This document shows positions 1 through 10,377 of a DNA stretch of 64,000 nt, in pieces (position 1 is the stretch's first letter; every line of letters begins with the position of its first letter). The stretch comes from an uncultured Rhizobium sp. (GTDB lineage: Bacteria; Pseudomonadota; Alphaproteobacteria; Rickettsiales; UBA1997). The DNA lies in NCBI GenBank assembly GCA_964537735.1, contig CAZICL010000006.1, positions 64,989-128,988 on the forward strand. The letters run 5' to 3'. A program made the position numbers and the translations under genes. The notes beneath the pieces are model-generated. The model ran no database searches. It saw only the letters and a list, made by a program, of their open reading frames with translations, and was not told where the DNA came from.

Positions 1-338
1 CTGAAGGTCGCTCCAATGACCATTGGATTGATTGGGATTTCTTTGGGCATCAGTTTGTTACGCATTTAAGGCCGACACCAGAACAAGCTGAACAAATTAT
101 CAATCATGTTGATGGTCATGGTGTGCCGGTTCCACATTTCGGTGTTGTGCTGGAATGGCAAAAATGGCATGATTTCGCCGATCGTTTAAAAAAACATCAT
201 GTCCAATTTGTGATTGAACCATACATCAGATTTAAAGATCAGGCGGGAGAACAAGCGACGATGTTTTTTCTTGATCCCAGCGGTAACGCTCTTGAGTTTA
301 AAGCTTTCAAAGATATTTCAAAATTATTTGCCAAATGA
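1..338 (+). CDS. VOC (glyoxalase/bleomycin-resistance/dioxygenase) family protein, 5' end outside window
   Basis: The frame starting at nt 3 is open from the window edge. The C-terminal part (PVPHFGVVL...[16 protein letters not shown]) looks like a VOC-fold protein. Its stop overlaps the next start (ATGA). Confidence 0.7.
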   Translation, partial: EGRSNDHWIDWDFFGHQFVTHLRPTPEQAEQIINHVDGHGVPVPHFGVVLEWQKWHDFADRLKKHHVQFVIEPYIRFKDQAGEQATMFFLDPSGNALEFKAFKDISKLFAK

Positions 339-1276
339 ACCAATTAACCTTTGAACAAGTTAAACTGGCGTCTCGGCGCTTACAAAATTACATCGAAAAA
401 ACTCCGGTAATTTTTAACGAAAAGTTAAATTCTGAACTGGGCGCGCAGATTTTTTTTAAAATAGAAAGTCAGCAAAAAACTAAATCTTTTAAAGCGCGCG
501 GAGCTTTTAATTCTTTATTAGCATATAAGGAAAAACACGGACATTTTCCTAAAAAAGTCGTAGCACAAAGTTCGGGAAATCATGCCCAAGCGATTGCTAG
601 AGCTTGTAAGGAATTCAAAATTCCAGCTTTGATTTATATGATTACCAAAGCATCACCGGTAAAAATTGCTGCAACTCGTGCTTTGGGTGCAGAAGTGGTG
701 CTATTCGACAAAAGAGCTGAAGTTAACAAAGCTGCTGAAGAGAAACAAAAAGAAGGTTATGTTTTTATTCATCCCAATGACGGTGATGATGTAATTTTGG
801 GTCAAGCAACAGCGGCCTTCGAAGCGCTTTCAGAAATTGGTGAGGTCGATGCGATTTTTGCACCTTGTGGCGGCGGTGGTCTGGTTTCCGGAACTTATAT
901 CGCTAGTTTGGGATTTTCTCCACAAGCCAAAACATTTGCCTGCGAGCCTTTGGAAGCCAACGATGCGGCGCGTTCAGTTAAACTTGGAAAAGTTGTCGGT
1001 TATGAAGATACGCCAAATACGATTGCTGATGGTGCTAGAACTTTGGAAGTTTTGCCGCAATCTTTTAGTTACTTACAGAAAATAGCTGGGTTTTTTGAAA
1101 TCAAAGAAGAAGAAATTATTTTTTGGCAAAAAAAATTATCAGAAATTTTGCAGCAAAAAATTGAACCAACTTCAGCCTTGGCGATTGCTGGGGCAGCTCA
1201 ATATTTGCAAGAAAATCCACAGCAGAAGAATCGTAAAATTCTGGTTATAGTGTCGGGTGGAAACGTTGTTGAATAA
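335..1276 (+). CDS. PLP-dependent threonine/serine dehydratase (serine racemase-like) family protein
   Basis: 313 aa. It has the PLP-lysine motif [17 protein letters not shown], a glycine loop CGGGGLVSG and a C-terminal VSGGN. Confidence 0.85.
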   Translation: MNQLTFEQVKLASRRLQNYIEKTPVIFNEKLNSELGAQIFFKIESQQKTKSFKARGAFNSLLAYKEKHGHFPKKVVAQSSGNHAQAIARACKEFKIPALIYMITKASPVKIAATRALGAEVVLFDKRAEVNKAAEEKQKEGYVFIHPNDGDDVILGQATAAFEALSEIGEVDAIFAPCGGGGLVSGTYIASLGFSPQAKTFACEPLEANDAARSVKLGKVVGYEDTPNTIADGARTLEVLPQSFSYLQKIAGFFEIKEEEIIFWQKKLSEILQQKIEPTSALAIAGAAQYLQENPQQKNRKILVIVSGGNVVE

Positions 1277-1296
1277 AATTGAGATTGGGTTTGAGA

Positions 1297-1617
1297 ATGA
1301 GCAAAGGTTTTAAACACAATGATCCGTCTTCGGTTGTTACGAACTGGTCGGATTTATATAAACTTTTTGAACAAGAAGCTTGGAGTACTAATAGTCATTC
1401 AGATTCAGAATATGGACATTTCATTGATACTGAAAATATGTCCGGACTTCCTGTGATTGGTAACGAAAAACGTCAGTTGTCCCGAGAATCTGCGGCAAAG
1501 AGAGAAGTGATTGAGGATAAGTCTGTTTCTGAGAATCCAAGCGTTAGTCCAAGGAAAGCAAATGTTGAAAATCTAAGCCGTTCCAGTTCTTCTCTTCAGT
1601 TTGATATGGAAGCCTGA
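1297..1617 (+). CDS. hypothetical Ser-rich small protein (start at the ATG inside the 1279 ORF)
   Basis: This is an open frame only, with no recognisable motif. Its 3' end overlaps the convergent rlmE by 22 nt. Confidence 0.3.
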   Translation: MSKGFKHNDPSSVVTNWSDLYKLFEQEAWSTNSHSDSEYGHFIDTENMSGLPVIGNEKRQLSRESAAKREVIEDKSVSENPSVSPRKANVENLSRSSSSLQFDMEA

Positions 1618-2285
1618 TCTCTTTTAAATCCAAGTGCCACTAAATAAGTTTCTGACGAATCTTTGCGTGAAGAGTCGGGTTTAAAATATTTCACAGTTGA
1701 AAAATTTCCGCGCAGTTTTTTTAGAATTTCATCCGAGCTGCCGCCCTGAAAAATTTTACCAACAAAGCTGCCGCCATTTTTCAGAATTTTTTCAGCTAAA
1801 ATTAAAGATTCTTCCAAAAGTGCGATAATGCGCATATGGTCGGTAGTGTGATCTCCGGTTGTATTTGCTGCCATGTCACTCATCACAACATCGCATAATC
1901 CGCGATTGTTAAATTTAATTTCTTTAAGCAGAGCAATAATTTGTCCTGGAGCTTCTTCGGTCATAAAATCGCCGACGAAAAAATTTACACCGGGAAGCGA
2001 ATCAATGGGCAATAAATCAATGGCTACAACATTGCCTTCGCCAACTTTTGTGACAGCATATTGACTCCAGCCACCTGGTGCAGCGCCTAAATCGACAACT
2101 ATTTTTCCTTTCTTGAAAATCTTAAATTTCTCATCAACCTCGATAATTTTAAAAGCAGCGCGCGAGCGCCATCCTTCAAGCTTGGCACGTTCGACGAAAG
2201 GATCATTAATTTGGCGCAAAAGCCATCTTTGTGATGATTTTTTGAGGCGTTTTCCCTGTTTAAGATTTTGAAATTTTTGTGGCAT
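1596..2285 (-). CDS. rlmE: 23S rRNA (uridine2552-2'-O)-methyltransferase RlmE/FtsJ
   Basis: 229 aa. It has RSRAAFKIIEVDEKF and the SAM motif VVDLGAAPGGWSQ, and MSDMAANTTG is typical of FtsJ. Confidence 0.93.
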   Translation of the reverse strand: MPQKFQNLKQGKRLKKSSQRWLLRQINDPFVERAKLEGWRSRAAFKIIEVDEKFKIFKKGKIVVDLGAAPGGWSQYAVTKVGEGNVVAIDLLPIDSLPGVNFFVGDFMTEEAPGQIIALLKEIKFNNRGLCDVVMSDMAANTTGDHTTDHMRIIALLEESLILAEKILKNGGSFVGKIFQGGSSDEILKKLRGNFSTVKYFKPDSSRKDSSETYLVALGFKRDQASISN

Positions 2286-2464
2286 TATTGTTCTAGTTTT
2301 CTTGCTTCATTAACTAACATTACCGGAATCCCGTCTTTTATTTTGTAAGCCAATTTTGATTTTAGGCAGAGTAGCTCGTCATTTTTCTGATCAAAAATAA
2401 GTTCTGATTTGCACAAAGGACAGATCAGAATTTCGAGCAATTTTGGTGCAATTTTTTGTGACAT
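2285..2464 (-). CDS. Trm112/YcaR (UPF0434) family small zinc-ribbon-like protein (not in ORF track, 59 aa)
   Basis: My translation is [59 protein letters not shown]. It matches the YcaR pattern LLEI.ACP.C...L....EL.C....AYPI.DGIPV.L..EAR.L. Its stop overlaps the rlmE start (TAATG). Confidence 0.85.
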   Translation of the reverse strand: MSQKIAPKLLEILICPLCKSELIFDQKNDELLCLKSKLAYKIKDGIPVMLVNEARKLEQ

Positions 2465-2552
2465 AATTTCTTGAAAAATTCTCAGGCAAACCTAGCTTGC
2501 CGCGCTTTCTTTTTAAATTAAAGTTTTAAATCAAGAGACCATAAGGATCGCG

Positions 2553-3644
2553 GTGAAAAAAAATTCGACAAAAATTCAAACCCAAATTCAAACCCAAATT
2601 CAAACTCTGGGAATTATCGGTGGTGGGCAATTGGGGCGCATGATTTGCTTTTGCGCACACAAGATGGGCCTGCGCACGGTGGTGTTTTCCGATATTGCTA
2701 ATGCTCCGGCTAGTTTTGTTACCAATCAAATAATAGTTGCCGACTATTCTGATCAGGAGGCGCTACAAAAATTTGCTGAGATGGTTGATGTGGTCACTTT
2801 CGAATTTGAGAATATTCCTCTGGAAGCATTGAGTTTCTTGTCTTCAAAAATCGAAGTTTGCCCAAATTCTGAAGTTTTAAAAATCACACAAAATCGTATT
2901 TTGGAAAAAAATTTCCTCAACTCAATCGGTGCTAAAACCACTGAATATGTTGCGGTTGCAGATGGGGAAGATTTGCAAAAAAATCTAAAAAAATTTGGCA
3001 AAGCTATTTTAAAAACTGCGACGATGGGTTATGACGGTAAAGGTCAGTACGTCTTGAAGGCGGAAGAAGAAATAGCAATACCGCTTACCTTAGAGCCGGG
3101 TGCTTTGATATTAGAAAAATTCTGTCCCTTTGATTCAGAAATTTCAGTGATGGTGGCTCGTTCTAAAACTGGCGAAATTGCTGCTTATGAGCCGCTAACC
3201 AACATTCATAAAAAGGGTATTCTGGACGAAAGTCACTATCCGGCAAAAATATCGGAAAGTTTGAAAATAAAGGCGCAAAACTTGGCGGAAAAAATTGCTC
3301 AAGAGTTAGATTTGATCGGAATTTTGGCTGTGGAAATGTTTGTTATTGGTGATGAACTATTAGTAAATGAGTTAGCGCCAAGACCTCACAATTCTGGACA
3401 TTTTTCGATGGATGCTGCTATTACCTCACAATTTGAACAACTAATCCGTGCTGTCATTGGCTTGCCTCTTGGTTCAACTAAGTTTCACTCACAAGGTCAT
3501 ATGAAAAATTTGATTGGCGATGACGTAAATGAAGTGGAAAAATTTTACCAAAATCCCAATGCTAAGATTCATTTATACGGCAAGTCTGAAGCTAAGATTG
3601 GTCGTAAGATGGGGCATGTGAATGTTTTAGATGCCGTTAGCTAG
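2553..3644 (+). CDS. purK: N5-carboxyaminoimidazole ribonucleotide synthase
   Basis: 363 aa with an ATP-grasp fold. It has IIGGGQLGRM, NELAPRPHNSGH and a C-terminal GRKMGHV. The start is GTG. Confidence 0.9.
   Translation: MKKNSTKIQTQIQTQIQTLGIIGGGQLGRMICFCAHKMGLRTVVFSDIANAPASFVTNQIIVADYSDQEALQKFAEMVDVVTFEFENIPLEALSFLSSKIEVCPNSEVLKITQNRILEKNFLNSIGAKTTEYVAVADGEDLQKNLKKFGKAILKTATMGYDGKGQYVLKAEEEIAIPLTLEPGALILEKFCPFDSEISVMVARSKTGEIAAYEPLTNIHKKGILDESHYPAKISESLKIKAQNLAEKIAQELDLIGILAVEMFVIGDELLVNELAPRPHNSGHFSMDAAITSQFEQLIRAVIGLPLGSTKFHSQGHMKNLIGDDVNEVEKFYQNPNAKIHLYGKSEAKIGRKMGHVNVLDAVS
2574..2609. repeat. 12-bp tandem repeat (attcaaacccaa x2 plus one degenerate unit) inside the purK 5' end
   Basis: Read directly from the sequence. 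It encodes IQTQIQTQIQT just before the GGGQLG nucleotide-binding loop. Confidence 0.85.
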
Positions 3645-3704
3645 TGACTAAATTCTAGCGGCGACTCTAGCGGTGACAGTAATTTTTAATTTTGAAAATC
3701 GGCA

Positions 3705-4661
3705 ATGACAAAAAAAATCATTAAAAAATCAGTCAGTAAATCTGCAAAAGCTACTCTTAACAAACTCGACTTAATGCCGCAAAAATCTGGCTTTCTTGGG
3801 GTCGAGGAAAAATATTTGAAATCGGCAGATGATGCTAAAGTTGTGGTTGTGCCCTTTGGTCTGGAGAAGTCGGTAAGTTATGGTGGAGGCACAAAAAATG
3901 GTCCAAAGGCTATTATTAAAGCTTCGCAACAAGTTGAACTTTTTGACGAAGAATTCTGGTGTGAACCTTTCAGAAAATATGGTGTAGTAACAATGAAGAC
4001 GCCAAAGATCGATTATAAATCGGTGCCAAAATCGTTGGATCAGTTGGAAAAAATTACTGAGTCAGTTTTGGCGGCGGGAAAATTTCCGCTGATTTTGGGC
4101 GGTGAACATTCAATAACTGCCGGCTCAATTCGTCCTTTTGTTAAGCGCTATCCAGATTTGGCAATTTTGCATTTTGATGCCCACGCTGATTTGCGTGATG
4201 GTTATGATGGTGAGCATTATTCACATGCTGCGGCGTTGCGCCGTGTTATGGATCATCCGATTTCAACTTTGATTTCGTGTGGTATAAGAAATATTTCCGC
4301 TAGTGAAATTCCTTATTTGGAAGCAAATAAACATCGTATCACTATTCACTTTGGTAAAGATCGCAGATCTTGGGATCCAAAGAAAATTGTGGCGCCACTT
4401 AAGGGTCGTCCGGTTTTTTTGACTTTTGATTTAGATGGATTTGATTCAAGCTTGATGCAAGCAACTGGCACTCCTGAGCCGGGTGGAGTAATGTGGGAAG
4501 ATGCTCTCGATATTATTCGTGAAGCGAGTAAAATTTCTAATATTGTTGGTGCTGATGTGGTGGAGTTGGCGCCGGTAAAACAACTTCATTCTTGTGACTT
4601 TTTATCAGCAAAATTATGCTACAAGATTCTTTCTTATGCCTTTTTAAATAGTAAAAAATGA
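3705..4661 (+). CDS. speB: agmatinase/ureohydrolase (arginase) family protein
   Basis: 318 aa. The Mn-binding motifs GGEHS, HFDAHADLRD and LTFDLDGFD are present. Confidence 0.85.
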   Translation: MTKKIIKKSVSKSAKATLNKLDLMPQKSGFLGVEEKYLKSADDAKVVVVPFGLEKSVSYGGGTKNGPKAIIKASQQVELFDEEFWCEPFRKYGVVTMKTPKIDYKSVPKSLDQLEKITESVLAAGKFPLILGGEHSITAGSIRPFVKRYPDLAILHFDAHADLRDGYDGEHYSHAAALRRVMDHPISTLISCGIRNISASEIPYLEANKHRITIHFGKDRRSWDPKKIVAPLKGRPVFLTFDLDGFDSSLMQATGTPEPGGVMWEDALDIIREASKISNIVGADVVELAPVKQLHSCDFLSAKLCYKILSYAFLNSKK

Positions 4662-5692
4662 TCAAAAAAAATACGGCTCATTTCGAAATTGACGGTGTTG
4701 AAATTAAGCGTGGGGAACGCCTTCGCATCAATATCGATATGGGCAGTATTTATGATTTCACCGATGTTAAAATGCCCTTAGAAGTGGTGCGGGGCAAAAA
4801 AGATGGCCCAACGATGTTTGTCTCTTCAACAATTCATGGTGACGAAATTAATGGCATTGAAATTACTCGTCGCTTGTTGGGACACAAATCTATCAACAAT
4901 ATTCGCGGCACCTTAATAGTAATCCCCATTGTTAATATTTTCGGATTTAACGATCGCTCGCGCTATTTACCGGATCGTCGCGATCTTAATCGTTGTTTTC
5001 CAGGTTTAAAAAGTGGTTCTCTGACTTCGCAATTGGCTTATAAATTTATGCAGGAAATTGTGTTGAAATCTGATTTCGGCATTGATCTTCACACCGGTGC
5101 TTTTCACCGTTGCAACTATCCACAGGTTCGTGCTGATATTTCCGATGCACAGACTTTTGAGTTGGCCAAATCTTTCGCTGCTCCAGTTATAATTGGGTCG
5201 AATTTGCGTGACGGATCTTTGCGCGCTTCAGTATCACAAATTGATATCCCGATGATTTTATTTGAAGCTGGAGAGGCGCTGCGTTTTGATGAAGAAAGCA
5301 TTAAGATTGGTGTCGAAGGAATTTTAAATGTGATGCGCAAAATCGGTATGATGAGGCCCAGCTCTAAAAAATCTCCGACAAAAAAACTTTTTATTGCGCG
5401 ATCCAGTTTTTGGGTTCGTGCTGCAGATAGCGGCATTCATATGCCACGCTATGGTCTGGGAAAAACAGTGAAGAAAGGTGATGTTTTGGGCGAGATTTCC
5501 AGTCCTTTCGGCGATCGTAAAATTTTAGTCAAGGCGCATGAAAGTGGTAAAATCATCGGTATTTCAAAATTGCCTTTGGCTAATAAAGGAGACGCTTTAT
5601 TTCATATTGCTTGCGAAAAGCGCAGTAAAAAATTTACTGCTGCAAATCAGATGTATGAACATTTTACCAATGTTGATCCCCTCAATCCTTAG
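4658..5692 (+). CDS. succinylglutamate desuccinylase/aspartoacylase (AstE/AspA, M14-like) family protein
   Basis: 344 aa. It has the zinc motif HGDEINGIE, DLNRCFPG and DLHTG. The start overlaps the speB stop (ATGA). Confidence 0.8.
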   Translation: MIKKNTAHFEIDGVEIKRGERLRINIDMGSIYDFTDVKMPLEVVRGKKDGPTMFVSSTIHGDEINGIEITRRLLGHKSINNIRGTLIVIPIVNIFGFNDRSRYLPDRRDLNRCFPGLKSGSLTSQLAYKFMQEIVLKSDFGIDLHTGAFHRCNYPQVRADISDAQTFELAKSFAAPVIIGSNLRDGSLRASVSQIDIPMILFEAGEALRFDEESIKIGVEGILNVMRKIGMMRPSSKKSPTKKLFIARSSFWVRAADSGIHMPRYGLGKTVKKGDVLGEISSPFGDRKILVKAHESGKIIGISKLPLANKGDALFHIACEKRSKKFTAANQMYEHFTNVDPLNP

Positions 5693-5907
5693 CAACTAAT
5701 TATATTTTATCGCGCCAAAAGCCTGTCTCAAAGAGGCTTGAGGTGCTTTCTTGGGAACAATTTTCAAACTCGAATTTGTAAAGGAAATAAATTTAAAAAC
5801 GTAACGCCAGTTGCATTTTATTTTACCGAGAATATTTTGCCGCGCCTCTGAATTGACCAGATGCCTTCATTTATTTAAGAATTTCCATTTAATATTAAGA
5901 ATTAATA

Positions 5908-6453
5908 ATGCCAAGAGCCTCCGTTATTGCTAAAAATTACGCTAAAGCTCTTTTTACTGCGGCTAGAAAAAGTAATGCACTTGATCAAGTTGCCGCTGAA
6001 TTAGAAGAATTTAGAAAGAATTTTAGCTCAAGTTTTGCCCATGAGCTGCAAAATCCAGTGATTTCCAAAAGTGATTTGGAAAAAGTTATGGAAGAAATAA
6101 CTCAAAAACTGGCGCTTAACAAAATTAATCATGATTTCTTTTTGGCTGTAGCGCGCAATCGCCGTTTAAGCATGTTCCCAGAAATCTATGCCGAATTTTG
6201 CCATTTGATCAAAAAGCAAAAAAATATTTTGGAAGTAGAAGTGATTTTTGCTTCTAAGCCAAGCAAAACCCAGTTTGACCAAATTAAAACTCTGGTTGAG
6301 CAAAAACATTCTGGTAAAGTGATTGAAATCAAAGAAACTTTTAACGCCAAAATTTTAGGTGGTTTTCAAGTTAAAATTGGTTCCAGCATCATTGATGTCA
6401 GTTTGAAAAATCAGTTATCCAGTCTGGAAAAACAGTTAAACGCAGCTTTTTAA
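5908..6453 (+). CDS. atpH: F1 ATP synthase subunit delta (OSCP)
   Basis: 181 aa. The call rests on its position directly upstream of atpA, the N-terminal YAKALF motif and the C-terminal GGF.V.IG....D.S pattern. Confidence 0.9.
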   Translation: MPRASVIAKNYAKALFTAARKSNALDQVAAELEEFRKNFSSSFAHELQNPVISKSDLEKVMEEITQKLALNKINHDFFLAVARNRRLSMFPEIYAEFCHLIKKQKNILEVEVIFASKPSKTQFDQIKTLVEQKHSGKVIEIKETFNAKILGGFQVKIGSSIIDVSLKNQLSSLEKQLNAAF

Positions 6454-6474
6454 TAACAATAAAAAATCAAAAAT

Positions 6475-8070
6475 ATGGAATTTAGAGTTGAAGAATTTTC
6501 CAACGTTTTACAAAAAAGAATCGAAGGGTTTAAAAGTTCTGCCGAGTTAAAAGAAATCGGTGAAGTCATTAAAATCGGTGACGGAATTGCTAAAGTTTAT
6601 GGTTTGGACAATGTCCAGGCTGGTGAACTTGTTGAATTTGAAGGTGGCGTTCGAGGTATGGCGCTGAACCTGGAAACTGATAATGTTGGTATCGTGGTTT
6701 TTGGCGATGCTCAAACTATTAAAGAAGGTTCAACTGTTAAAAGAACCGGTAAAATTGTTGAAGTGCCGGTTGGTAAAGGTCTCTTGGGACGTGTTATTGA
6801 CGCACTGGGCAATCCTATTGATGGCAAAGGTCCATTGACGGATGTTGAATATAGACGTGTTGAAATCAAAGCTCCTGGGATTATTGCCCGTCAATCGGTT
6901 GGTGAGCCGATGCAAACCGGTATTAAAGCCATCGATAGCTTGATTCCGATCGGTCGTGGTCAACGCGAATTGATTATTGGTGACCGTCAAACTGGTAAAA
7001 CTGCTATTGTTCTTGATACCTTCATCAATCAAGCCAAAGCCCATGAAGAAAATGACGAAAAGAAAAAACTTTTCTGTATTTATGTGGCAATCGGCCAAAA
7101 GCGCTCAACTGTTGCTCAAATCGTTAAAACTTTGGAAGATGCTGGTGCGATGAAATACTCGGTTGTGGTTTCTGCAACTGCTTCTGAAAGTGCGGCACTA
7201 CAATTTTTTGCTCCTTACACTGGATGTACAGTCGGTGAATATTTCCGCGACAATTCAATGCATGCCGTGATTGCTTATGATGATCTTTCTAAGCACGCTG
7301 TGGCTTACCGTGAAATGTCACTTCTTCTTCGTCGCCCGCCAGGACGTGAAGCCTACCCTGGTGACGTATTTTATGTTCACTCAAGATTGCTTGAGCGTGC
7401 TGCTAAAATGTCTGACGCTTGCGGTGGTGGTTCTTTGACTGCACTTCCGATCATTGAAACTCAGGCTGGTGACGTTTCTGCTTATATTCCAACCAACGTG
7501 ATTTCAATCACTGACGGTCAAATTTTCTTGGAAACTGAGCTGTTCTATAAAGGTATCAAACCTGCTGTAAACGTTGGTTTGTCAGTATCTCGCGTTGGTT
7601 CTGCTGCTCAAACAAAAGCGATGAAACAAGTTGCTGGAACTATTAAGCTTGACTTGGCGCAATTCCGTGAACTTGAAGCTTTCGCTCAATTTGGTTCGGA
7701 TCTTGATGCGGCAACACAAAAATTACTTGATAAGGGTCGTAAATTGACTGAACTTTTGAAGCAAAATCAATATTCTCCAATGGGTTTTGAAGAGCAAGTT
7801 GCTTCGATTTATGTTGGTGTAAAAGGTTATTTAGACAAAGTTCCGGCTAAAGAAGTTGTGAAATTTGAGAAAGAATTTTTGCGCAAATTAAAATCAAATA
7901 ATCCGGAAATTTTGACTGCAATCAAGCAAGAGCAAAAAATTTCTGAAAGCACAGAAACTGCTTTGAAAAATGCTATCGATAAGTTTTTGGAAATTTTTTT
8001 GAATCATGCTCCAAGCACTCATTTTGATCATAGTGGCTTGGATGATCGTTTAGCTCATAACAATAATTAG
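6475..8070 (+). CDS. atpA: F1 ATP synthase subunit alpha
   Basis: 531 aa. It has Walker A GDRQTGKT plus [23 protein letters not shown] roughly 20-aa C-terminal extension follows the usual end. Confidence 0.97.
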   Translation: MEFRVEEFSNVLQKRIEGFKSSAELKEIGEVIKIGDGIAKVYGLDNVQAGELVEFEGGVRGMALNLETDNVGIVVFGDAQTIKEGSTVKRTGKIVEVPVGKGLLGRVIDALGNPIDGKGPLTDVEYRRVEIKAPGIIARQSVGEPMQTGIKAIDSLIPIGRGQRELIIGDRQTGKTAIVLDTFINQAKAHEENDEKKKLFCIYVAIGQKRSTVAQIVKTLEDAGAMKYSVVVSATASESAALQFFAPYTGCTVGEYFRDNSMHAVIAYDDLSKHAVAYREMSLLLRRPPGREAYPGDVFYVHSRLLERAAKMSDACGGGSLTALPIIETQAGDVSAYIPTNVISITDGQIFLETELFYKGIKPAVNVGLSVSRVGSAAQTKAMKQVAGTIKLDLAQFRELEAFAQFGSDLDAATQKLLDKGRKLTELLKQNQYSPMGFEEQVASIYVGVKGYLDKVPAKEVVKFEKEFLRKLKSNNPEILTAIKQEQKISESTETALKNAIDKFLEIFLNHAPSTHFDHSGLDDRLAHNNN

Positions 8071-8119
8071 TCCAAATGGCTGTTTTCGGCCGATAATGCA
8101 GAAATTTTTTAGCTAAATT

Positions 8120-9007
8120 ATGGCGAACTTAAAAACGCTCAAAACCAGAATTAAGTCGGTAAAATCGACGCAAAAAATGACCAAAGCCATGAAAATGGTG
8201 GCGGCATCGCGCCTGAAAAAAGCCAAACAGGCGGTGGAAAGTTCGCGTCCTTATGCTGATAAAATTCACGAAATGGTTTGTAACTTGGCCTCGAATATTG
8301 CGATTCGCGGTAATTTGGATGAAAAATTTCCACTACTTACCGGTAAGGGAAAAAATTCATCTTACTTAATCGTTGTGATGTCTTCTGATCGCGGCCTGTG
8401 TGGCGGTTTGAACGGCGCAACGGTTAAATTTGCCAGAAATCGCATTAACCTTCTCATCTCGGAAGGTAAAGAAGTTAAAGTTATTTGTGTTGGTAAAAAA
8501 GCTTCAGAACAGCTTAAAACGCTTTACGGCAAAAAAGTTATCGATCAGGTTTTTGGCATTTTTAAAGGCAATATTGATCATCAATCAGCCCAGGAAGTCA
8601 CTACCAAGATCACTGATCTTTTCGATCATAATCAGTTTGATGTTTGTGAAGTTATCTACAGCAAATTCAAATCAGCCATCGCGCAAGAACAAGTTTGTAA
8701 GCAAATCGTGCCAGCTCAAATTAAGATTTCTGCAAACGATATTTCTTGTGATTCACCAGTTGAATATGAGCCCGGCCAAGAAGAAATTTTGCAAGATTTG
8801 TTACCAAGAAATTTGTCTGTGCAAATTTACAATCAGCTTCTTGAAAATAGTGCATCAGAACAGGGAGCCCGAATGGCAGCGATGGAAGCAGCAAGCAACA
8901 ATGCTGGCAAAATGATTAAAAATTTGACGCTGGTTTATAACAGAACACGTCAGGCCAACATCACTAAAGAGTTGATTGATATTATCTCTGGCGCCAACGT
9001 TATATAG
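8120..9007 (+). CDS. atpG: F1 ATP synthase subunit gamma
   Basis: 295 aa. It has the N-terminal LK.RI.SVKST.K.TKAMKMVAA pattern and the C-terminal NRTRQA.ITKEL..I..GA pattern. Confidence 0.95.
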   Translation: MANLKTLKTRIKSVKSTQKMTKAMKMVAASRLKKAKQAVESSRPYADKIHEMVCNLASNIAIRGNLDEKFPLLTGKGKNSSYLIVVMSSDRGLCGGLNGATVKFARNRINLLISEGKEVKVICVGKKASEQLKTLYGKKVIDQVFGIFKGNIDHQSAQEVTTKITDLFDHNQFDVCEVIYSKFKSAIAQEQVCKQIVPAQIKISANDISCDSPVEYEPGQEEILQDLLPRNLSVQIYNQLLENSASEQGARMAAMEAASNNAGKMIKNLTLVYNRTRQANITKELIDIISGANVI

Positions 9008-9082
9008 AGATCAAAGAGTTCAGCCATCTGGACTCTTTAGCTCTTTATCTGCCGGATTCCTTTCTTTTTAACTTCCAGCTTG

Positions 9083-10006
9083 ATGCAAAATCTTTCCCAA
9101 GAAAATCTCTGGCTTAACATCAACAAGCCGATTGGTTTTTCCTCCGCTAAAGTTGTCGCAATAGTTAAAAAAATTACTGGTGCTAAAAAAGTTGGTCATG
9201 CTGGAACGTTGGATCCATTTGCTTCTGGCGTGTTGCCGATTGCTCTCAATAAAGCGACAAAAACCTGCCAATATATAACTGATGAGCGCAAAAAATATTT
9301 CTTTCGTATCACTTGGGGTGAGTTTAGAGATACTGACGATGTTGAAGGAAAGGTTACGCAATCAAGTATATATCGGCCGCAAACCTCAGAAATAATCTCG
9401 ATATTACCACATTTTTTGGGCAGAATAAATCAAACACCATCGCGTTTTTCTGCGATAAAAATTGATGGACGCAGAGCGTATGAACTAGCGAGGCAGGAAA
9501 TCGATTTTGAAATAAAGCAACGTCAGGTAGAAATTTTTTCACTGAAATTAATTTCTAATAGCAGTGAGTTTGCTGAGCTTGAGGTTGAATGTTCCAAAGG
9601 CACTTATGTTCGATCTTTGGCGCGTGATATTTGTAAAAAAGTTGCGGCTTGTGGTTATGTTTCAGTCCTTACTCGTTTGCGTGTGGGTAAATTTTTACAT
9701 GAAAAAACTTTTTCACTTGACCTGTTAAAACTGGTCACTACTTATGGCGGCCGTTTTCCCGATGGCTCGCTGCTTTGTTTGCACGATGTCTTAGATTTTA
9801 TGATTGAAGTCAAGTTGGATGATCTGGATGCCTCTAAATTTAAGAATGGTCAGATTATAACAATCAATATTCCGCTTTGCGGACAGTCTCTAGCTCATAA
9901 ATCTCTAGAATCTCATGTGAACATCGTTCGTGTCGTTCGCGATGGTGAATTAATTGGTTTGGCCAGTTTTGCAGAAAATATGCTTAAACCTGTTAATGTT
10001 TTTTAA
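9083..10006 (+). CDS. truB: tRNA pseudouridine(55) synthase
   Basis: It has the catalytic motif GHAGTLDPFASGVLPI. I use the ATG at 9083, one codon inside the TTG-started track ORF. Confidence 0.93.
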   Translation: MQNLSQENLWLNINKPIGFSSAKVVAIVKKITGAKKVGHAGTLDPFASGVLPIALNKATKTCQYITDERKKYFFRITWGEFRDTDDVEGKVTQSSIYRPQTSEIISILPHFLGRINQTPSRFSAIKIDGRRAYELARQEIDFEIKQRQVEIFSLKLISNSSEFAELEVECSKGTYVRSLARDICKKVAACGYVSVLTRLRVGKFLHEKTFSLDLLKLVTTYGGRFPDGSLLCLHDVLDFMIEVKLDDLDASKFKNGQIITINIPLCGQSLAHKSLESHVNIVRVVRDGELIGLASFAENMLKPVNVF

Positions 10007-10022
10007 TCTATAAAATTGGATA

Positions 10023-10292
10023 ATGTCAGTTCTCACAAAATCAAAAAAAGAAGTTGTAAAGGCATTTGCGCAGAGCAAAAATGATACCGGCTCAGTTGAA
10101 GTTCAATGTGCTGTAATCACAAAACAAATTAATAATCTGACCGAACATCTTAAGATTCACAAAAGTGACCATTCTTCAAGAAGAGGATTGTTAATTTTGG
10201 TTGGTAAAAGAAGAAGCTTGCTTGATTATCTAAAAGCTCATTCTGTTGAGCGTTATGGAGATCTGATCAAAAAACTCGATATCAGAAAATAA
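10023..10292 (+). CDS. rpsO: 30S ribosomal protein S15
   Basis: 89 aa with GS.EVQ.A..T..I..LT.HLK.HK.D.HSRRGLL. The gene order truB-rpsO-pnp is conserved. Confidence 0.96.
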   Translation: MSVLTKSKKEVVKAFAQSKNDTGSVEVQCAVITKQINNLTEHLKIHKSDHSSRRGLLILVGKRRSLLDYLKAHSVERYGDLIKKLDIRK

Positions 10293-10300
10293 TTAATTTA

Positions 10301-10328
10301 AGCGTCGCTCACCCGGCGCTTTTATTTT
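10301..10328 (+). terminator. intrinsic terminator / pnp leader hairpin after rpsO
   Basis: The sequence agcgtcg-ctcacc-cggcgct forms a 7-bp stem with one G-U pair, followed by tttatttt. Confidence 0.6.
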
Positions 10329-10377
10329 GTCGCCACGGGTACATCCTTGTTAAAAAATAATAATAAAAGCTGAAAAT

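Noticed and set aside
1279-1296. TTG start of the 112-aa ORF downstream of the dehydratase gene
   Set aside because: The ATG at 1297 is more plausible. Even so, the ORF itself is only weakly supported.
8430-8915. 161-aa ORF inside atpG in another frame, and similar internal ORFs in atpA, pnp, dnaK, lon, atpD, pccA and others
   Set aside because: These are alternative-frame or antisense ORFs within strongly supported housekeeping genes, with low-complexity translations.
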